From Octopus sinensis (taxonomy: Eukaryota): DNA of 64,000 bases. The notes beneath the pieces are model-generated. The model did not search any database. It was not told where the DNA came from and worked only from the letters and a program-made list of their open reading frames with translations. The translations under genes and the position numbers were made by a program. The stretch covers positions 12,834,001 to 12,898,000 of the forward strand of contig NC_043018.1 of the NCBI RefSeq assembly GCF_006345805.1. Direction: 5' to 3'. Below, piece after piece: positions 48,688 through 62,262 of this stretch (the stretch's first letter is position 1; every line of letters begins with the position of its first letter).

Positions 48688-48969
48688 TACACACACACAC
48701 ACACACACACATACATATATGTATGTATGTATATAAGTATATATATATGTATGTATGTATGATGTATATAAGTATATACTACACAAATCATTTGTCTTAC
48801 CATCCCTGTTGTATTCTTGTGAAACTTGGACTTATTATGAAAGTCCTTTTAAATTGTTAGAACAATTCCACCAAAAATGCCTTCATTGCATTTTAAACAT
48901 TAAATGAAGCTATTTTACTCCAAACACAGATGTCCTTGCATCTGCAGGCATCACTTCAATTAAAGCTAT

Positions 48970-49600
48970 GATTTTGAGGAACCAAAGGAGATGGTGTGGC
49001 CATATTGTTCGAATGGCGGATGAACGCACGCCCAAACAGCTGGGCTTGCAGAGGGGAAATGCTATTGGCATAAACCTAAAAAAAGGTTTAAGGATGGCAT
49101 AAGGACTACTATGAAGTCACAGAAGACATAGAAACCCTTGCTTAGGATTGAGCTGGATGGCAAACAAAAGTGTGGAATGGAGTGAAAGCGTTTGAAGAGG
49201 CCAGGATTACGCATGTAAGACTCAAAAGAGATCTAAGGAAGAATGTTACGATCAAGAAGGTGAATCACAATGACCTTTTTGTATGCACAGTTTGTGACAG
49301 ACCCTGCCTTTCTTTTGCTGGGCCCAAATCTCATTTGCGAACTCATAGAAAACGAACCTCCAACTATTCTGCCTATATGTTTGAGCACACCTTTGAATGC
49401 AGTGTGTGCCAGAATGTTTGCAAATCTAACGGATACCTCAAAAGTCATTTTAAGATCCGCGAAGATCAGAATTTATCTGCAGCTCTTGGTGGTCCAAACT
49501 GGATGTGTAATTTATGTGGGTGTCTTTTTAAAACAGTGTCTGTCTGGTTTAAAAAGCCACATCAGATACTATGATGGTTCTAAGACCTAGGTACAGGTGG
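48970..49600 (+). mobile_element. RTE LINE ORF2 C-terminus with tandem C2H2-like fingers
   Basis: RWCGHIVRMADERTPKQL...KPKKRFKDGI..., then CTVCDRPCLSFAGPKSHLRTH, CSVCQNVCKSNGYLKSHFK and CNLCGCLFK..(frameshift)GLKSHIR. Confidence 0.75.
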
Positions 49601-49679
49601 TGGTCAAACTCTGCATAATAAGTAGACAACCACCATATAGATATGTATGTATATAAGTATATATATATGTATATATATA

Positions 49680-49710
<31 letters not shown>

Positions 49711-49993
49711 CATCATCATTATCATTGTTTAAGGTCCATTTTCCATGCTAGCATGGGTTTGACGGTTTGACCGGTGTCTGGGAAGCCCGGAGGCTGCACC
49801 AGGCTCCAGTCTGATCTGGCAGTGTTTCTACAGCTGGATGCCCTTCCTAACACCAACCACTCCGCAAGTGTAGTGGGTGCTTTTTATGTGCCGGGAGAGG
49901 CTGGCAGCGGCTACGATCGGTTGGTGCTTTTTACGTGCCACCGGCACAGATATATATAATATATGTATATAAGCATATATACGTATGTATATG

Positions 49994-50024
<31 letters not shown>

Positions 50025-50174
50025 GTATATTCATAATTTAGGTTGGTTGAAATATGTTTATTGACTCTTGTCGATGAGATGTACTTAAAAGAGGCAACTC
50101 TTAAACATCGATGTGTATATATATATGTGTGTATATAAGTATATATATATATATATACTTATATATACTTTGCC

Positions 50175-51825
50175 GCCTCACCTATAACCAGCGAGGCGGT
50201 TACAATAGAATGTATTGACATTAGCGAAGATGTTCTACTAGCCATAGATGAAGTGGACACAAACTCAACTGCTGGTCCAGATGGGTTTCCAGCAATCCTC
50301 CTCAAAGCGTGTAAGCATGCCCTGGCAAAACCCCTCAAGATTCTCTTCCAGAGCTTTCTTACAAATGGCAAACTGCCAAGCAAGCTGAAGAAGGAATAAT
50401 ATGCCCAATCCATAAAGGGGGAAGTAGAGCAGATGCCAAAAACTATAGGCCTATCTCTCTGACTTCACTCAGCATGGTTTTCGATCAGGTAGGAGCTGCC
50501 TGACCCAGCTCTTACAACATTATGACTGGGTGTCGAGGCAGTTACTCAACAAATCAAATGTGGACGTAATCTACCTTGATTTTGCAAAAGCTTTTGACAA
50601 GGTGGATCATGGTATGATATGCCACAAACTGCATGACCTCGGCATAGCTGGAAAACTTGGAGTGTGGTTACATGACTTCCTGAAAGATAGGAGTCAGGCA
50701 GTAGTGGTTAATGGAGCCACCTCTATGAACACACAAATAGTGAGTGGTTTTCCACAGGGCACTGTCTTGGGACCACTGCTTTTTATAGTGGCCCTCTCAG
50801 ATATGCCCTCAAATGCCCGGATAGCCACTCTGGCAAGCTATGCAGACAATACGAAAGTCTCGCAGAAAATACAGAACCCCAGCGATGTTGCACACCTGCA
50901 GCAGGAGTTGGCCTCAATCTACAGATGGGCTGAGGATAATAATCTGCAGTTTAATGCTGAAAAATTCCAGGCCCTGTGCTACCAGCATCCAAAACTGAAT
51001 ATTAAACCTACAGGATACACCGGTCCGCAGGGAATTTCAATCCCAGAGCCTAAGTCTGTGAGGGACCTGGGTATCGACATGAGTGAGGATACCTCTTTCC
51101 AAGTGCACATTACCAGGATGGCGACAAAGTGCAGACGACTGGTTGGATGGATCCTAAGAACATTCAGAACCAGAGATAAGGAAACCATGATGGTCCTCTG
51201 GAGGACATTTGTCCTCAGCCGCCTGGATTACTGCTCACAGCTATGGTCACCCACCAGTGTGAAATTAACAGCGGACCTTGAAGCAATCCAGAGAAGATTC
51301 ACAAAGAAGTTTGTCTCTTTGCAACAGCTCAGCTACTGGGAAAGGGTGAAACAGCTAAGACTCTACTCCCTGGAGAGAAGACAGGAGAGGTATGCAGTAA
51401 TATATGTCTGGAAGATCCTGGAAGGAATTGTGCCAAATTTTGGCATTGTAAGCTACACCAATGCTAGAATGGGACGACACTGCATAGTGCCAAAGATCCC
51501 AGCAATGCCATCACGCTTCAGGACCAGCTTCTGTAACAGCCTGGGTTTCTAGGACTCACAGCTTTTTAATATCCTCCCAAAGAGTCTGAGGAACTTTCAC
51601 AAAGTAGATGTAGCGGTTTTTAAATCAAAGCTGGACATCTTCCTGTCGAGAGTCCCAGATGAACCTACCTCACGGCAAGAGGTGCAAATGAGGGTAGCTG
51701 TATCAAACTCCATTCTTCACCAAGTGCCACATATTAGAGGAGGTTCTTCGCAATAACAGTGTAGCACAAAACGGTGGTGCACCAGCATGGCCACAGCTCT
51801 GAGCTGAAACAAGAAAGAAAAAAAA
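50175..51825 (+). mobile_element. CR1/L2-type LINE, 5'-truncated, long RT ORF 50530-51552
   Basis: VDVIYLDFAKAFDKVDHG...GFPQGTVLGPLLFIV...YADNTKV...RDLGIDM...FVLSRLDYCSQLWSP. Tail GGTGGTGCACCAGCATGGCCACAGCTCTGAGCTGAAACAAGAAAG. Confidence 0.95.
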
Positions 51826-51879
51826 TATATATATATACTTATATACATACATATATGTATATATATATATGTATGTATA

Positions 51880-52090
51880 TAAGCATGTGATCTCTTGAGC
51901 ACCACCAGCAAAAATATTTTTTTCCTCTGTCTTCCCTTCTCGGGATCTTTCCTTCTCCTTTGTTTCCGATGAAGAGCTCCGCTCGAAACGTTAAACCCTC
52001 CTTCCCTTCTTTCCTGAGCGTCCAATAATACTTTAATTGTTCCACGTCCTCGCGTTGGTGTGTTTTTTCTGTGTTTTCTTGTTTGGATTA

Positions 52091-52095
<5 letters not shown>
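51880..52095 (+). mobile_element. Small non-coding repeat inserted in (TA)n, Penelope/retrozyme-like, carrying a hammerhead motif
   Basis: About 215 bp of pyrimidine-rich sequence flanked by TA microsatellite, with the motif at 51962-51996. Confidence 0.5.
51962..51996 (+). ncRNA. Putative minimal type-I hammerhead ribozyme, 35 nt
   Basis: GTTT-CCGATGA-A-GAGC-TCC-GCTC-GAA-ACGT-T-AAAC: perfect stem I (GTTT/AAAC), stem II (GAGC/GCTC) and palindromic stem III (ACGT). Deviations are U4C, an extra A after A9, and U at position 17. Confidence 0.55.
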
Positions 52096-52146
<51 letters not shown>

Positions 52147-52231
52147 AGCACATATATATGTATGTATACATATATATGTATGTATATGCATATATGTCTA
52201 TATATGCATATGTATATATACATTTTATATA

Positions 52232-52275
<44 letters not shown>

Positions 52276-52719
52276 GTATATGTGTATATGTGTGTGTGTG
52301 TGTATTTACATATGTATATGTGTAGGTATATCGTGCACACACACAAACACACGCACACAATCTTCCTGTACTGCAGAAACACACTACATTGCAGGTCATG
52401 AAAGAGTAGTGATTGTTGTGATTGATATTTACGGTAAAGGGGCAGGAGTATCAATCAGGTGATCTAGATTACTGGCCATCAATATTGAACCAGTCGTAGT
52501 AAGCAACATATTGAGTAAATGAGTGTTTGAAGTATGCTTTGCATGTAATATATGAATGTCTCATAAACTGATCTCTGCATACAAAGAATTACAAACATCC
52601 AGTCATTGAAGGAATAAGCAGGTCACCGTGTAACATTGATAAAGACCTCCAAATCTTTTTTTTTTTCCTCTGATATCAATAGCAACTGTTGCAGTAAATA
52701 TAATTTGCATATATCACAG

Positions 52720-53090
52720 GCATGGCTGTGTGATAAGAAGCTTACTTCCAAACTACATAGTTTCAGGTTCAGTCCCACTGTGTGGCATCTTGGGCAAGTG
52801 TCTTTCATTATAGCCTTGTGCCCACCAAAGCCTTGTGAGTGGATTTGGTAGAGGGAAACTGAAAGAAGCTCATCATATATGTATGTGTGTGAGTGTTGGT
52901 GTTTTGAGTATGTGTTTGTCCTCCCTCGCCGCTTGATAACCAGTGTTGGTGTATTTATGTCCATGTAACTTAGTGGTTCAGCAAAAGAGATCAACAGAAT
53001 AAAAAAAAAGCATTAAAAAGGTACTGGGGTTGATTTAAGGCACTGCCCCAGCATGGCCAAAGTCTAATGACAAACAAGCAAAAGATAAAA
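52720..53090 (+). mobile_element. Family A SINE, full length
   Basis: Head GGCTGTGTGATAAG...GGTTCAGTCC through to the tail CCAGCATGGCC. Confidence 0.8.
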
Positions 53091-54629
53091 GATTAACAAT
53101 CAACATAGTTCTTGAAAGTCAATAGATGTCTTAACTGACCACAATCAAGATAATTTGTGATATTAGTTTCAAGTTTTGGCACAAGGCCAGCAATTTTGTG
53201 GGAGGGGGTAAGTGATCGACTGGTACGTATTTTATCAACCCCGAAAGGATGAAAAACAAAGTCAACCTCAGCAGTATTTGAACTCAGAATGTAAAGATGG
53301 ACAAAATGCTGCTAAGCATTTTTGCCTGGTGTGCTAATGATTCTGCCAGCTCGCTACCTTAAGGTACCGTGTGATATTAAAAAAAATACTAAGTTAGTGA
53401 AATTGCTAAAAATACAGTAAGAGTCTTTGACAGAATTGGGAGAATATGTTTTGATTTCTGTTTATGATTCATTGAGCTGAACAAGACAAGAATTTATCAT
53501 TTAACCCTTATAAGAAAACATTAGTTTGTCTCTTACAGTGTGATTCCAAAAGGAGGAAGTGACATTAGAATATTTATTGTGATTCTACTATGATAGAAAG
53601 CTGGCAAATGATGCCACCTCCAGAGAAATTAGTGAACAAGAGTACCTCTGTTGGAGCGATGTAAAATGCACTCTGCACACATTGGAAAGTATTTGGCAAA
53701 GGAGCAGAGAAAGCATAGGGCTGAGCGGCCCCTAGAGTTCTGTCTTAATGAAGATTATTCAACCTCTCTCTTGTGTTGGCACCATTAAGAAATGTACTCA
53801 GTACACTCTATAAAATGGTTAGCAACAGGAAGTGCTTCTAGTCATAGAAACGAAGCAGAATGGCACCTATGAGCACCAGTCCATGGAAACAGTTGCTGCC
53901 AATAAGAAATGACTGGGACTAGGTTGACCTGTCCAGCTCATGCCAGCAGAGAAAGAGAAATCATCCAATGGGGATGATGTCTTGGAGGTTAAAAGCTAGA
54001 CTTTAAGGAAAAAAATTGTACACTAATGAACAACAACAACAAAAAAAAAAATGTTGAAATTTTAATTAATCATAGACCCTAATACTGAATGCTTTGATTG
54101 CCTGCTCTTTGTGGCTGGTCTCTATTGTCAGACCTGCAGCTATTCTGGGGCATTGTCTTCAAGGGATTTTAGTTTATCCCTGCAGCCCCTTTACTTAGTT
54201 CTATTTTCATTGATGTATTTTTTTTATCCATCAGTTAAGTTGCTAACTTGATTCCTGTATCAAAATAGAATGAAGTCCCTCTGATGACAAACACTGGAGT
54301 TTATTTTACATTTGGGTGTTTGTTTGGATGTGTAAATGTTTCAGTACTTTTACATTAATGCTTATCAGTATATTTACATTAATCCCACCAATCTTCTCTC
54401 CACATTTCATTACATGATTCTATTTCCTTAGCTTGCAAGGTGGGTAACTTTGTTTATTAACACCAAGGGTCTGTACTGTGTAGATAACGAGGAAATAAGA
54501 TGGTAGATGGAAACTGAAAGAAGCCTATGAGGTTAACGTTTGAATTCTCCTGATATCTACCTTTCTATGAAGATTTACTGTGAAGGATTACCTGGATTCT
54601 CCTCTCAAATTGCCTTACTCATATCTTGG

Positions 54630-55015
54630 AGCAGGTGTGGTTGGGTGGTAAGAGGTTGGCTTCCTAGCCACATGGTTCTGGGTTCAGTCCCATTGAATGG
54701 CATCTTGGGGGAAGTGTCTTCTACTACAGCCCTGGGTTGACCAAAGCCTTCTTAGTGGATTTGGTAGATGGAAACAGAAAGAAGCTCATTGTATATGTGT
54801 TTGTATGTGTGTGTGTTTGGTTTTTGAGTTTGTCCTCAACTGCCACTTGACGACTGGTGTTGATTTATGTCCCCATGACTTAGCTTTCAGCAAAAAGACT
54901 GATAGAATAAGTACAAGGGTTAAGGAGAGAAAAAAAAAGGTACTGGTGTTGATTTGTTTGGTTAAAATTTCTCAAGGTAGTGCCCCTGCATGGCCGCAGT
55001 CTAATGCCTAAAGCA
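54630..55015 (+). mobile_element. Family A SINE, full length
   Basis: Same head, body and tail motifs. Confidence 0.8.
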
Positions 55016-56489
55016 AGTAATCAGTGAAAGGTAACACAGTCTTGGGTTGTGGTGAATCAATGACAGCCAGATGGGACCAGTTACAGATGTAGAGCTTTCC
55101 ATCTGAGATCAACTCAGTCAGGGCCAATCTGGTGCTAAACAATGACACCCTCTGCTGCGCACAGTGGATTTGTTGACTTATCTAAAGAAAATCTCTTTTA
55201 TTGATGTGTAACTGATTTGTCAGGCTTGTTCAGAGGTGAATGTCATGGATATAAATAACTTGTTTCTATAGTTTATCTTATACTGTTTATTTTAATTTTA
55301 GTTATTTTTCTCTTCACTTTTGTTTGCATTTTTTTTCTTTTTAGAAATACCCCAAAATAGACTAAACATATAATGGGTGTGTGTGTGCATATGAGAGGGG
55401 TGGGGTAACTGTTTCCATTTATTCTCCTGTTTTGATATTTTTTATTTCCCCTTCTTTCTCACACACACCTCTCTGTCTGTCTGTCTCTGTCTATCTATCT
55501 ATTTATCCATCCATCCATCCGTGCATCCCTACTTCCCTCCATTCATCCATCTACATCTGTCTGTCTGTCTGTGTCTATCCGTTTTTATCCATCCGTATGC
55601 CCACCCACCCATCCACCTTTTTTAATCCATCCACTCCCAACTTACAATTTTTATTAATTGTGTGTTTAGTTTCTCTTAGAACTGCAGCAGCAGTGTAGTA
55701 TTAGTAGTACTAGTAGTTGTAGAACCACCACCAATAGTGGTTGTGGTGGTAATAATGGTTATGATGATGATGATGATGACAAGAATGTTGATATATGTAG
55801 TGGTGGTCATGATGATGATGACAACTACAGTGATGGTTATGATTATTGTCTTAGTGTTAGTCATGCTAGTTAGTAGTAGTAGTAGTAGTTTAGAATTTTG
55901 GCCCAAGGTTAGCAATTTTAGGAAGAGGTGGGGATAGTCTTGGTACTTTATTTTATCAACCCCTGAAAAGATAAGTTGGCTTCAGGCACAAGGCCTGAAA
56001 ATTACAGGGAGTAAGTTTTGAGGGGGCAACTAGATCGATCCCTCAATCCCAGATTTTGACTGGCACTACGAGGCTGAAAGGTAGAGTTAACCCCAGTGGG
56101 ATTTGAGCCTTTATTATTATTATTATTGTTATTATTATTATTTAGAAATTGTAATATTAATGTTGATTGATAGTTGTCAATAGAAGAATAACAGCAAGTA
56201 TAATATTACAATCGGATTGACACGTGAAATTTGAATACTATCATGTTTACTATGCATTCTTAAACACTTAACACACACATACACACACACACACACACAT
56301 GCACACACACACACACACACACATGCGCACACACACACACACATGCACATGTACATGAAATCTGCTGCTAGCAACAAAAGGGAAAACATCTTTCGTAGGT
56401 AAAAGATCGATTGTTGCTGGGGCAAACCATAATAATCAATTGGATTGATCTGTTATGTCTGGTATTCATACCTCCAACCTTTTATTTTA

Positions 56490-56723
56490 TCCTTGTTTCA
56501 GTCATTAGACTGTGGCCTTGCTGGGGCACTACCTTGAAGAATTTGTAGTTGAGTGAATTGACCCTAGTATTTATTATTTTTTAAGCCTGGTGCTTATTCT
56601 GTTGATCACTTTTGCTGAACTGCTAAGTTATGGAGATGTAAATACACCAACACCAGTTGTCAAGCAGTGGTATGGGACAAGCACACACACACACATACAC
56701 ACACACACATACACACACACACA

Positions 56724-56780
<57 letters not shown>

Positions 56781-56935
56781 GAACAGGCTTCTTTTCAGTT
56801 TCCCTCTACCAAATCCATTCACAAGGCCTGACACTATAGTAGAAGACATTTGCCCAAAGTGCCATGCAGTGAAACTGAACCCGGAACCATGTGGTTGGGA
56901 AGCAAGCTTCTCACCACACAGCCACTCCAGCACCT
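56490..56935 (-). mobile_element. Family A SINE with an expanded internal (CA)n
   Basis: Reverse-strand motifs flank a (CA)n tract. Confidence 0.8.
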
Positions 56936-57550
56936 ACTTATATGTATCTATTTATTAATTTTTAATGACACTGCCAGAATCCAGTGTCCAGCAAGGACCA
57001 CAGCTGAGTAGAATTTGAACATAAAACTGCTAGAAACCAAGCGAGTCTTTTCTGTGGCTTTAGAAATAGCAGCTTAATACCCTTAAAATCTCACCCAGTC
57101 TACAAGAACAAGAAAGATATTTCAAATAATGTAGTCCTAGATGTGCAAAAAAAAAAAAAAAAGAATGGACAGACAAATCTTTGACCATTGGTCCACCAAA
57201 TTGGGGGATGAGCTGGAGCTAAACAATATGATATTCACATATAGATATCATATAGATATCATATAATTGTTTAAGTTGAAGAGTATTGATTTTCCCTCCT
57301 GTGTAGATAATGGGGAAATAAAACTGGGAGTATTCCCAAAGGCTTAAATGGAAATTAGTGGCCAGAATTGGGAAGCAGACTCTGGATGCGGTTCTCTAAA
57401 ACTGATACGAAGCTTGATGCTTATTTTTAAGGGTTCCACAGTAATTGGCAAGTTGTAGTGTTAATGCATTCTCTGGGAACATTTAATAAAAAATGGCATT
57501 GATAAAGTTAGAAGAAGGAGTTAATTCCATGCATACATAGATTAGGTAGG

Positions 57551-58210
57551 TACTCAGCATGAGAAGCAGTGGTACTCAGCATTAGAAGCAGTGGTACTCA
57601 GCATTAGAAGCAGTGGTACTCAGCATGAGAAACAGTGGTACTCAGCATTAGAAGCAGTGGTACTCAGCATGAGAGGCAGTGGTACTCAGCATTAGAAGCA
57701 GTGGTACTCAGCATGAGAGGCAGTGGTACTCAGCATGAGAGGCAGTGGTACTCAGCATGAGAAGCAGTGGTACTCAGCATTAGAAGCAGTGGTACTCAGC
57801 ATGAGAAACAGTGGTACTCAGCATGAGAAACAGTGGTACTCAGCATTAGAAGCAGTGGTACTCAGCATGAGAGGCAGTGGTACTCAGCATGAGAGGCAGT
57901 GGTACTCAGCATGAGAGGCAGTGGTACTCAGCATGAGAGGCAGTGGTACTCAGCATTAGAAGCAGTGGTACTCAGCATGAGAGGCAGTGGTACTCAGCAT
58001 GAGAGGCAGTGGTACTCAGCATTAGAAGCAGTGGTACTCAGCATTAGAAGCAGTGGTACTCAGCATGAGAGGCAGTGGTACTCAGCATTAGAAGCAGTGG
58101 TACTCAGCATTAGAAGCAGTGGTACTCAGCATGAGAGGCAGTGGTACTCAGCATGAGAGGCTGTGGTACTCAGCATTAGAAGCAGTGGTACTCAGCATTA
58201 GAAGCAGTGG
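57551..58210. repeat. Minisatellite, exactly 30 x 22 bp (TACTCAGCAT[G/T]AGA[AG/AA/GG]C[A/T]GTGG)
   Basis: 660 bp equals 30 contiguous units, with no indels and five sequence variants. Confidence 0.98.
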
Positions 58211-61200
58211 GTCCAGCAGGGAATTGAAAGTGTGACGTTGTTGTTGTCATCATCTTTAGCATTATCTAGTTATTGTGTCATCATCATTATAAAACATTGC
58301 TGTCATCGATGCTGTCCTCAGCATCATAACCCTTATCATTTATGATCATCATCGTCAGCAACAGCATCATTTGTCATCATCTCTAGAATGGGTGACGGGT
58401 GACAGATGAGACAAATGAAATGCAAAACTGCTCCGTTTGTTTGTTTGTTTTAATATTTCCTGACACAATCCAATGCATGTTTAATTTTATCACTAGGATC
58501 ACCCCCCCTATTCCAAGCCTCACACTTAATACACACCCCCACTGGCTTAGACAGCTGTTCACACACTCTCCTTTCATCCTCTCCTTGCTTTTTGCACACA
58601 CACACACACACGACTTAAGAACGAGCTATTTATAACATTTATTCTATTGATTATTCTGTATGTGTGTCTCTATGTACATGTGTACATACGTCAATGCAGA
58701 TGCGCTTTATTTTATACACATTTATCTGCTTTGTGTGTATGCAACCATGCACATATGTGTGCATGTATATCTATATTTACCATGTGTGTTTACGCTTGTG
58801 TGTCTATGCACACACACGTATGTATGTGTAAGCAAGTGAGCAAAATGAGTCGGCTGTGTGTGACTACACACATGTCCATATGCGTGTGTATCTGTGCTTA
58901 TGTACTTCTCAAAAGCATGTATTTCCACACATTGTGGGTTTGCATATGTGCATGTCTGTTATTGTGTATGACATTTCTGTGCATTTTCCTGCACATGAGG
59001 GTGTGTATATAGCCGCTGTGAGTGTGTGTGTGTGTGTGCATGTGTTTGTATCCCTTGACCCCTTGACATCAAGATGTCACACATAGTAAATATGTAGATA
59101 ATTAAAAAAAAAGGATTCCAGAAATGGTGGGGTGTAATGGGTAGTGAATGTAGTGGTGGTGGTAGTGGTGATGGTGGAAGTGGAGGCAATAGTGGTGGTG
59201 GTTGTGATGCTGTAGCTTGGTGGTATTGCTGATGGTGGCAGTGGTGGCTGCAGTGTTTCTTCTTGTTGTTGGTAGTGATGGTAGTGATGGCAGTGGAAAC
59301 AGTGGTGGTGGTGGTAGAAGATATGAAAGAGAAACCAGCCAGACAGACGTATCACACACACTCTCCTCCTTCTCCTCCAACTCCTCTGAGTATTTGTTTT
59401 GTGTTGTTTTTTTTTTAATAGTTTTTCTTAATGATGGATTAATGTCTGATGATGGTTGCGAAGCTGTGACTAATAATCATGGGTTGGGTAGTTGGCAGTG
59501 AGGAGAGAGAGAAAGAGAGAGTGAGAGAGAGAGAGAGGAGAGAGAGGTGGTTGTATGAACTGACTGGGGCAAATCATGAACAACAGCAACAGCAACCTCA
59601 ACCACAACAATATCCTCTTGCTCTTTCCTTACTCTCTTCATCCTCATATTAAACCTTAAATGTTTCTCTTTGCCATTCGCTGCCAGGTAAATGGGACAAG
59701 GCCGTTGAGTGACTTTGGCAAGATTCGGCACAGCTGCTTGTCGATGATGCAATCTGATCTCGCAACTCTTCTCCAACCAGCATCTTGCCCTCTCAGCCAT
59801 TGTGGTCCCTGGTAATTGTTTTGAATTTAGGACACAAAGATAGTAATTTGGAGGAAGAGAGAGACAGTTGCTAGATTATGTGAACTCCCAGTATTAAAAC
59901 TGGGGTTTCATTTTATTTTATTGACACCTTCCCACCTCTCTCAGAAGGATGAAAAGCAGAGTTCACCTTGGCAAGATTTGAACTCTGTGTGCAGGGAACT
60001 GGGGATTACAATATGAAAGAGCTCGAACATATCGCATAAGGTTCTTTTTCTGATGCTAAGGCACCACTTTTGTGTGATCCCTGATGATGATGATGACAAC
60101 AACAATAACAGCTGCCACTACCTTTGTATCACCCCTCAATCACCCCCCCTTGATTACCCCTCCCATCACCACCACTTTACTACTTATTGAATTAAACTCC
60201 TTTTGATATTACCATTAGTTTTATTTATTTGTTTTATCAAGCATAGTGTTATGTTAAGTGTTGTTTAAACCCCCCCCCCCCCAGCCATTCCTGAGCAAAG
60301 GAGGCCTATGGTTAATGGTATTCCAACCATGACCATCTTGCTATTTTAGGGTTTTCTAAAATTACATTACCCAATCTAGTCGTCTCTTTTTTTTTAAGAT
60401 CCTAGTGTGTGATTTGAGGGGAATCTAGCTGCGGTTTCTCACAGGTCAAGCAAACACGTTGAGCTTCACATTGACCTACGACAAGCTTTGTTCTGTTGCT
60501 AAGCTCCAGGTCAAGCCTGATCAAGCAGACCTATGATCAAAGACATTCCTGCCTTTTACCTATGTGCAGGAAGCTCAGCACCACATAGTCCAATGTGGCC
60601 TTTCTTAAAAAGGTAGTGTGTGTTTTGAGGGAGATTTGGTTGTTGTTTCTAATAGAGCAAGTGACCACATAGAACTCCATTCTTTCTTTGTAATAAACAT
60701 AGTTCATCCAAGTGGTAAAAAAAAACAAACAACAAAATATTCTTTTTTCTTAGATTCTTGTAAATGCTGCTGTTGATGCTGCAAGGTTGGCAGCTGGCTG
60801 AACCAGTTGACTGTCCGATAGATTGCTTTCAGCTCTTTGTGCTCTGAGTTCAAATCTCATCAAAGTCAGCTTTACCTTTCATGCTTTCAGGATTGATAGA
60901 TAAAATACCAGTCCCGTACTCAGGTCTCTTCTTCTTTCCCTCTATCACTATTTCTTTCTTTCTTTCTGTCTGTCTGTGTGTTTCTTGAAGAAATCATCTG
61001 TGGTAAAACCTGGAGATTAGGTCTAAAAATGTCCAAACACAACAGAGTTCCTATGACTCCATCAAGAGTTGAGGGTGTGAGGTTAGGCAAGACCCTGTTA
61101 AAACCCTCCATACACAACATGCACCCTGTTTTCCATGCATGCTTTTGAGTTCAATCCTGCAGTAGTGTACCTTGAGCAAGGTCTTCTACTATAGCCTTGT

Positions 61201-62167
61201 TCTGACCCAAAGCCTTGTGAGTGAATTTGTTAGATGAAAACTGAAAGAAGCCCATTGCAACGTGTACATATTTGTGTGTGTTTGTGGCTTCTTGTGCCTA
61301 GTTGTAATCGAGGTGAGCATTGCTACCTTAAAAGCAGTGTTATTTGTTTTCAATCTTCTATGTCCAGCTATGGGGAAATATTACTTTGCTTGGAAACAGG
61401 AGAGGGTTGATGATAAGAAGGACCTTTGGCATAGAAAATCTGCTTCAGCAAATTCTGTGTGAACCATGCACTCATGGAAAAGTGGTATCTTGTGGGTTAA
61501 AACTTATTTTACCTGTGCAAGTGGCACCATTACTGATCACTTATCACACTTTCACCATCTGCTTGTCTTTGAAGGTATACACGTTTACAGGCATACCACT
61601 CTGTTATTGAGTTGTCCTCGGTAGTATAGTAGTAAGTATCCCTGCCTGTCACTTGGAAGACTGGGGTTTGATTCCCTGCTTTATTTTCAAGGTGGTGCTC
61701 CAGCATGGCTGCAGTCAAATGACTGAAACAAGCAAAAGAGTAAAAGGAAATGTTGCTCCCTTGTTTGTGTGCTTCTTAATATCAGAAGAACCTATCGTAA
61801 AACTCCATATATAGCATGTCCTATTTGCCCCCAAATCAAGATTAAAATTAGGGGAGCATATATAGAGATAGATATTTTAGGGGAGCATATATTGAGATAG
61901 ATATTTTAGGGGAGCATATATTGAGATGCATGCTAAGTATTAAGCTGAAAAGGCTTTCCCCAGCCGTATTAATAATAAGGAAAAAAAGCCAGTAATGTAA
62001 GAATAATTTTATTTATTCATGCATTAGGCACAGTTGGTTGCTTCTCAACACATAGGTCTAGGTCCAGTCCCACTGGGTTGCATCTTGGGCAAGTCTCTTC
62101 TACTATAGTCTTAGGCCAACCAAATCCTTCTGAGTGGATCTGGTTGGTGAAAACTGAAAGAAGTCCA

Positions 62168-62262
<95 letters not shown>

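Noticed and set aside
57551-58210. 22-bp array as a CRISPR array or as a coding repeat (ORFs 57723-57914 and 57899-58156)
   Set aside because: The units are contiguous with no unique spacers and there are no cas genes in this eukaryotic DNA. The unit length is not a multiple of 3, and B units introduce TAG stops.
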